A DNA stretch of 64,000 nt, taken from assembly GCA_963772365.1 (NCBI GenBank), contig CAVYXA010000004.1, positions 110,554 through 174,553 of the forward strand. Reading direction: 5' to 3'. Shown here one piece after another: positions 59,683 to 64,000 of the stretch (position 1 is the first letter of the stretch; each line of letters opens with the position of its first letter). The DNA is from an uncultured Verrucomicrobiae bacterium (GTDB lineage: Bacteria > Verrucomicrobiota > Verrucomicrobiia > Chthoniobacterales > UBA10450). The notes under the pieces were generated by a model. That model was not told where the DNA came from, did not search any database, and saw only the letters and a list, made by a program, of their open reading frames with translations. A program made the translations under genes and the position numbers.

Positions 59683-59738
59683 GGCAAGCGCATCGCTTGC
59701 CAGCCACATGATTTGCAGGCTGAGCGCCTGCCCTACAA
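59677..59738. repeat. GTAG REP doublet; its TAG is the HAD stop codon
   Basis: TTGTAGGGCAAGCGCATCGCTTGC ... GCAGGCTGAGCGCCTGCCCTACAA. Confidence 0.85.
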
Positions 59739-59752
59739 CTTCGAAGAGGAAT

Positions 59753-62412
59753 TCAGGAGACCGCTATGGCGGAGCCGCGATTGCGGTGGAGCGACGGTTT
59801 AACACAGCGCGACATAGCCGAAGTATTAAGATTGCCGCCCAGAAAAATATTGATCCGTTCGAGCCAAACAGTCGGGTCGGCGACGAGTTCAGGATAATTG
59901 ACTTCCAGCACTTCGAAATTGGGCGAAGCTTTCATCCCTCGTAGAATGGTCGCACGATGCTGCGAAAGCGTGGTGGCGAGTTTCTCCGGAGGCAGGTTTG
60001 CGCCGCGCACGCCTCGCCTGTCGATCATCTTCTTCTGCGAGGCCACAACTTCCTGGATTGGGCGGTTCATGAAGATGACCCGATACTGATGCTCGGTCGG
60101 CAGCGACGGAATCAGCGCCGAAACAACTTTGATTGCTTTCCCCGCCGCGGCTGGCGAGCAATTCGGGCTTCTCACCGAGCTCGCCTGATCTCCTCCCATT
60201 CAAGATAACCTTCGGGATTGTCGTGATCGGCGGCGCGCTTGTGATCGGTCATCACTTCCACTCCTCCTGCTTTCAGCATCTGCATCATGAGTGAAGTGCC
60301 CGAGCGCGGAAGACCGGACACGATGGTGAAAACGCCGGACTCGATTTTGATTTCGCGCGTCGAAGGAGGAATGCTGGCGCGCAGGTCCGCCCGTTTTCGC
60401 GCTTGTCCTTGTAGCTCTTTTAATTTCACAAATGTTTCGCGCCGTCGATCAGCTCCTTTGCTCGCTTCCGCCAAATGATACGCGGCACGCTCTTCGCCAC
60501 CGGCGCGACTTTTGTAGAGCCGCGCGAGCCAGCGATGCGCGAGAAAGAAGCTCGGGCTTTGGTTGACGGCCATCTCGAGAGCTTGAATGGCGCGATCAAT
60601 TAGCCGCAGCCGCACCAGTGCGCAGCCGAGATAAAAATGAGCCAGCGGCAGATGATGCTGTAGCCCCACCGCAAGAATCGCCGCGCCCGCTGCTTCGTCG
60701 AAACGCCGTTGTCGCAGCAGCGCCAGGGCGAGTCCTTGCCGCGCGTACGCGCTGTGCGGATCGATCTCCAGCGCGCGTTCGAACGCGCGTTCGGCATCAG
60801 CGTAACGGAAGCGACGAAGATGTGCATTTCCAATCGAGAGATGCAGGTCGGGCAGGCGCGGATCGGCTTCTTCTGCTTTGAGCAGCAACTTCAAGCTTTC
60901 CCCATAATTGCAGCGGTCGTAGGCAATGTTGCCGCGCGTGAGCAAAGCAAAAGGTGAATCGCCGGCTGTGGCCAATATCGGCGCGAGCGTTTCTTCCGCT
61001 TGATCGAGCAAACCGAGCCGCGCCTGACAATGGGCCAGCAACAGCGCAAAATCGGTCCGGTCCGGCGTTTCGAAATGCAATTGCTCGAGTAACTCGAGCG
61101 CCTCGGCGTAGCGCCACGACTCGAGATACACCTGAACCAGATTCCAGTTTTGTTCTCGGCGGCAAATGGCCGCGGCTCGGTCGCGATCTTTGTCCGGCGG
61201 ATTGATGTAACCAAGCGCGATGAATTGTTGGAGAAGCGCTTCCGATTCCGCCGGCTCCATCTGTTTTTCCTCGGGATGCATTCCGGCGTCGCCCGGCACT
61301 TGTTCCCAGCTCGGAATGAAATCGATCGTCGGCAATTGCTCGAATGCTTCCGCCAGGACGCGGCCTTCCATGTCCTGACCGACCGGCAATCCGAAAAGAT
61401 TAAGAACGGTTGGCGCGATATCGAGCAAGCTGGCGCCGTAAATCCGCTCATCCCGTTTAACTCCCGGCCCCCGCATGCAAAAAATTCCCAGCGGCCGATG
61501 CCAGACTGCCGGCCCTGCCGGTATCCGCGGTGTGCTTCGAGGTCGCAAATGATCGGAATGAAAGCCGTGATCGGAGAGGAGAATGACTGTGGCCTCGGGT
61601 CCGGCCAGTTGCAGCAATCGCCCGAGGATCAGATCGTGCAATCGGTAGGCGCTATTGACCACATCCTTGTAAAATTCGAAATCTGCTTCCGGCAGAGATT
61701 CCATCCGCGGCGGATGATAGCCCATGAAAGCGTGGGAGAAATGATCGATCGACGGATAATAAACGGCGCTGAAATCCCATGGCTCGTGTTCGAGCAAGTA
61801 AGTCGCCGCGGCATGAAGCGAAAAACATTCTGCTTGCAGCTTGGCCAGAACGGCGAGTCGTCGATCCTTATCCTGATCGATCTCCGCCGCGTGCGGCACA
61901 AACATTTGCAGCATCTCGCCGTTGATTTCATCGGGCCGGATTCGCAGTTCACCAACTGTCTCGTTCAAGCGTTCTGGAAAAATTGTGCCCGACATCAATG
62001 GCCATGGATCGCCCGGCGGCGCGGTCGGGTGCGGAAACATTTCTGAAACACAGGCGCCATTGATCGGTTCGGCCGGATGACCGCCAAACCAACCGACGAC
62101 ATTCGTGCGAAAACCGGATTGACCGAGAATGTTCCAAAGCGCTTTCACTTTGCGCGAATAACTGGTTACCGGCCGCACCTCGCCCGATGGCGCGACTTCG
62201 ACAAAGCCCAGGATGCCGTGTTTATCCGCGCGTTTGCCCGTGGCAATGGAGTTCCACAACATCGGCGAGAGGATCGGTTGCAGCGTGGTGATGTCGCCCA
62301 TCACACCTTCCTCGATGAAGCGCGAAAGCACCGGCATTTCTCCGCGCTCGATCAGCGGATTGATCACTTTCCAGTCCGCCGCGTCCCAGCCGATGAGGAG
62401 AACTTTTTTCAT
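59753..62412 (-). CDS. Fusion: alkaline-phosphatase-superfamily domain + TPR repeats + sulfotransferase, with two apparent +1 indels at ~60152 and ~60183
   Basis: IGWDAAD, LSPMLW.SIATG, IDHFSH, LSDHG; TPRs; [22 protein letters not shown] in the 59753-60199 frame. Confidence 0.85.
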
Positions 62413-62431
62413 TTGGCTTTCAAACAGGCGG

Positions 62432-63307
62432 TTAAATTCCATGCGTGGTCACGGCGATTAATCCGTTTTCACCCACATGTCCGCCGGGCCGAGCGGCCAT
62501 GTTTGCGGTGTCGGGATGATCCGCCGAATTAGCGCTGAACCGGATCATCTTCACGTCGCGCGCAATTAACTCCTCGACCAGGGAGTATTTAAGTGCTGCG
62601 TTAACCCAAGTATGTCGATGTTGGCGCAAAACCGCTGTCGCGTCCACAGATGCGAGAGCTTTTTGATAGGTGATCAGGATCGCACCGACAAGTTTACCCT
62701 CTATCAGTGCAACCCGAGAGATAGTTTGGGAAAAGCCGTGTTCGGTCCCGCGCAACCGTTGGGCCACGTGCTCGGATGAAAAACCCAAATTGTCCAACAC
62801 TAGTCGGCAAACGTCTTCTCGAGGCGCTTCGCTTAGTGGCAGGACTTGCGCGCCATCCGGAATTTTCCCGCGCTTGCGCAGGCGCTCATAAATGGGCTGG
62901 GTGACGCGAGCACAATCGTCGATTGACGCTTCGTAAATAATAGTTGGCGGGCTAGCTTTAAATCCACACGCCAAAGCAAATTGAAACCCCGGGCTTTTCT
63001 CTTCTAGCGGAGAGCTGCGGAGCTGTTTGACACCGACTTCCCGGGCGACCCTCACGAGATTTTCGAGCAGCGCGCGGCCGATTCCAGAGCGCCGGTGCGA
63101 TTCCGCGATTTGTACAATGCAGGTTGCGGTCTCTGGAAAGCGGCGGTTGGGAGTAAACCAAATCGCACCGCCGCCGACCGATTTCTTTGTCTCGCCATTC
63201 TCTGCCAGGAAAATATCCGCTTCGCTTGACCGCGGCAGAAAGGATTCTGACAAGGCGTGCCGCTCGTATTCTTCGGCCCGCCGGATGCAAAACGTCCCCG
63301 GAATCAA
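62432..63307 (-). CDS. Tandem GNAT-like protein
   Basis: [11 protein letters not shown] acetyl-CoA motif, ACGF; second degenerate repeat TAVLRQHR; ends may be affected by indels. Confidence 0.65.
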   Translation of the reverse strand: MIPGTFCIRRAEEYERHALSESFLPRSSEADIFLAENGETKKSVGGGAIWFTPNRRFPETATCIVQIAESHRRSGIGRALLENLVRVAREVGVKQLRSSPLEEKSPGFQFALACGFKASPPTIIYEASIDDCARVTQPIYERLRKRGKIPDGAQVLPLSEAPREDVCRLVLDNLGFSSEHVAQRLRGTEHGFSQTISRVALIEGKLVGAILITYQKALASVDATAVLRQHRHTWVNAALKYSLVEELIARDVKMIRFSANSADHPDTANMAARPGGHVGENGLIAVTTHGI

Positions 63308-63323
63308 ACCCTGATTTCCAATT

Positions 63324-63995
63324 TCAGGCTACCTTGCGTTGCCGATTGCGGAAGATAAGGAGACCGACTGCTCCGAGGACCAGAAGGCCTAACGTGTTTC
63401 CTTGATCAGGGATTGCCGGGACGTGGATTGCAGTGTTCGCGTCGCTTTCGTAGCTCAATACGTTAAGGACCACCGTATAATCGTTGTTCAACGTAATGTT
63501 GGCCCATCCGTAGTGAGTGCTTCCGGCGATATCAAAGCGGAGGCCAAGATAGCCACTGGAGCCTGGAGAAAAAAACGCCAAGGAGCCACCGGAAATGAAG
63601 GGGCTGCTAGGGCCAACAAAATTGCTTCCTGAGAGCGGAAGCGCCTTGGGAACAAAAAAGGTTTGTCCAACAACTGCATTGCCTCCCAAGCCACCGACGG
63701 ATGCGGCATTATAAGGCGTACCAGTAATGTGATTCAGCTGGAAGTCAGCGCCCGCAAAATTGGCAAATGAAACCGCAGCCGCTGGGGAGGCTGCATTCAC
63801 GTCAAAATAAAGGCTGCCACCGGACGGCGTGGTCCGGCTCAGAACCGGCAGCCCGGTGAGATTAAGCGTCATCGGCATTGCATCGACCTGTGAAATCCCA
63901 GCCGCGAGAGCGGTTCCAGCCACGACCCCATAAAGGGTCAACCGTGTTTCAGGAAGGGAAGAGAGCTTCTTCGACGGAGAGGTGGAGGCATGCAT
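63324..63995 (-). CDS. VPDSG-CTERM-type exosortase substrate
   Basis: Signal ending VDA; YLGLRF...HYGW motif; IPDQGNTL + TM + RNRQRK; start is at the window edge. Confidence 0.85.
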   Translation of the reverse strand: MHASTSPSKKLSSLPETRLTLYGVVAGTALAAGISQVDAMPMTLNLTGLPVLSRTTPSGGSLYFDVNAASPAAAVSFANFAGADFQLNHITGTPYNAASVGGLGGNAVVGQTFFVPKALPLSGSNFVGPSSPFISGGSLAFFSPGSSGYLGLRFDIAGSTHYGWANITLNNDYTVVLNVLSYESDANTAIHVPAIPDQGNTLGLLVLGAVGLLIFRNRQRKVA

Positions 63996-64000
63996 GGCCG

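Noticed and set aside
61150..62046. Long antisense ORFs (also 31854-32675 and 48873-49670)
   Set aside because: Shadows of well-supported genes on the opposite strand in GC-rich DNA.
1..64000. tRNA, rRNA, tmRNA, prophage or autonomous IS genes
   Set aside because: None recognised by eye; intergenic gaps are short and mostly occupied by palindromic repeats.

Overview
A 64 kb bacterial chromosomal segment spanning the probable replication origin (dnaN-dnaA, an AT-rich DnaA-box region at ~38.2-38.8 kb, and mnmG with an intragenic parS-like palindrome). An exosortase, PEP-/VPDSG-CTERM proteins and gene context suggest Verrucomicrobiota, possibly a Chthoniobacterales-like soil lineage (inference). 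Most of the window is housekeeping (gatCA, trxB, metF, mnmG, plsY, gpsA, purN, pdxH, mtnP, miaB, def, aspS, hisS, galE, mscL, leuS, rdgB). The most unusual feature is a 1.8 kb island at 45.6-47.4 kb: three direct repeats resembling the 3' tail of a Type IIG restriction-modification gene alternate with two different toxin-antitoxin-like pairs, two of the repeats share an exact left junction, and the array abuts a truncated nucleotidyltransferase gene. Also notable: at least six families of short palindromic repeats, including a ~32-nt double hairpin that appears inserted in frame in aspS and a GT9 gene; an exosortase locus with a variant sorting signal; and a VPDSG-CTERM / GNAT / phosphatase-TPR-sulfotransferase operon. 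Several single-base frameshifts (moaD, gatA, DUF4258, the sulfotransferase fusion) look like sequencing indels. All family assignments come from motif recognition by eye; no searches were run. No rRNA, tRNA or CRISPR array was recognised.
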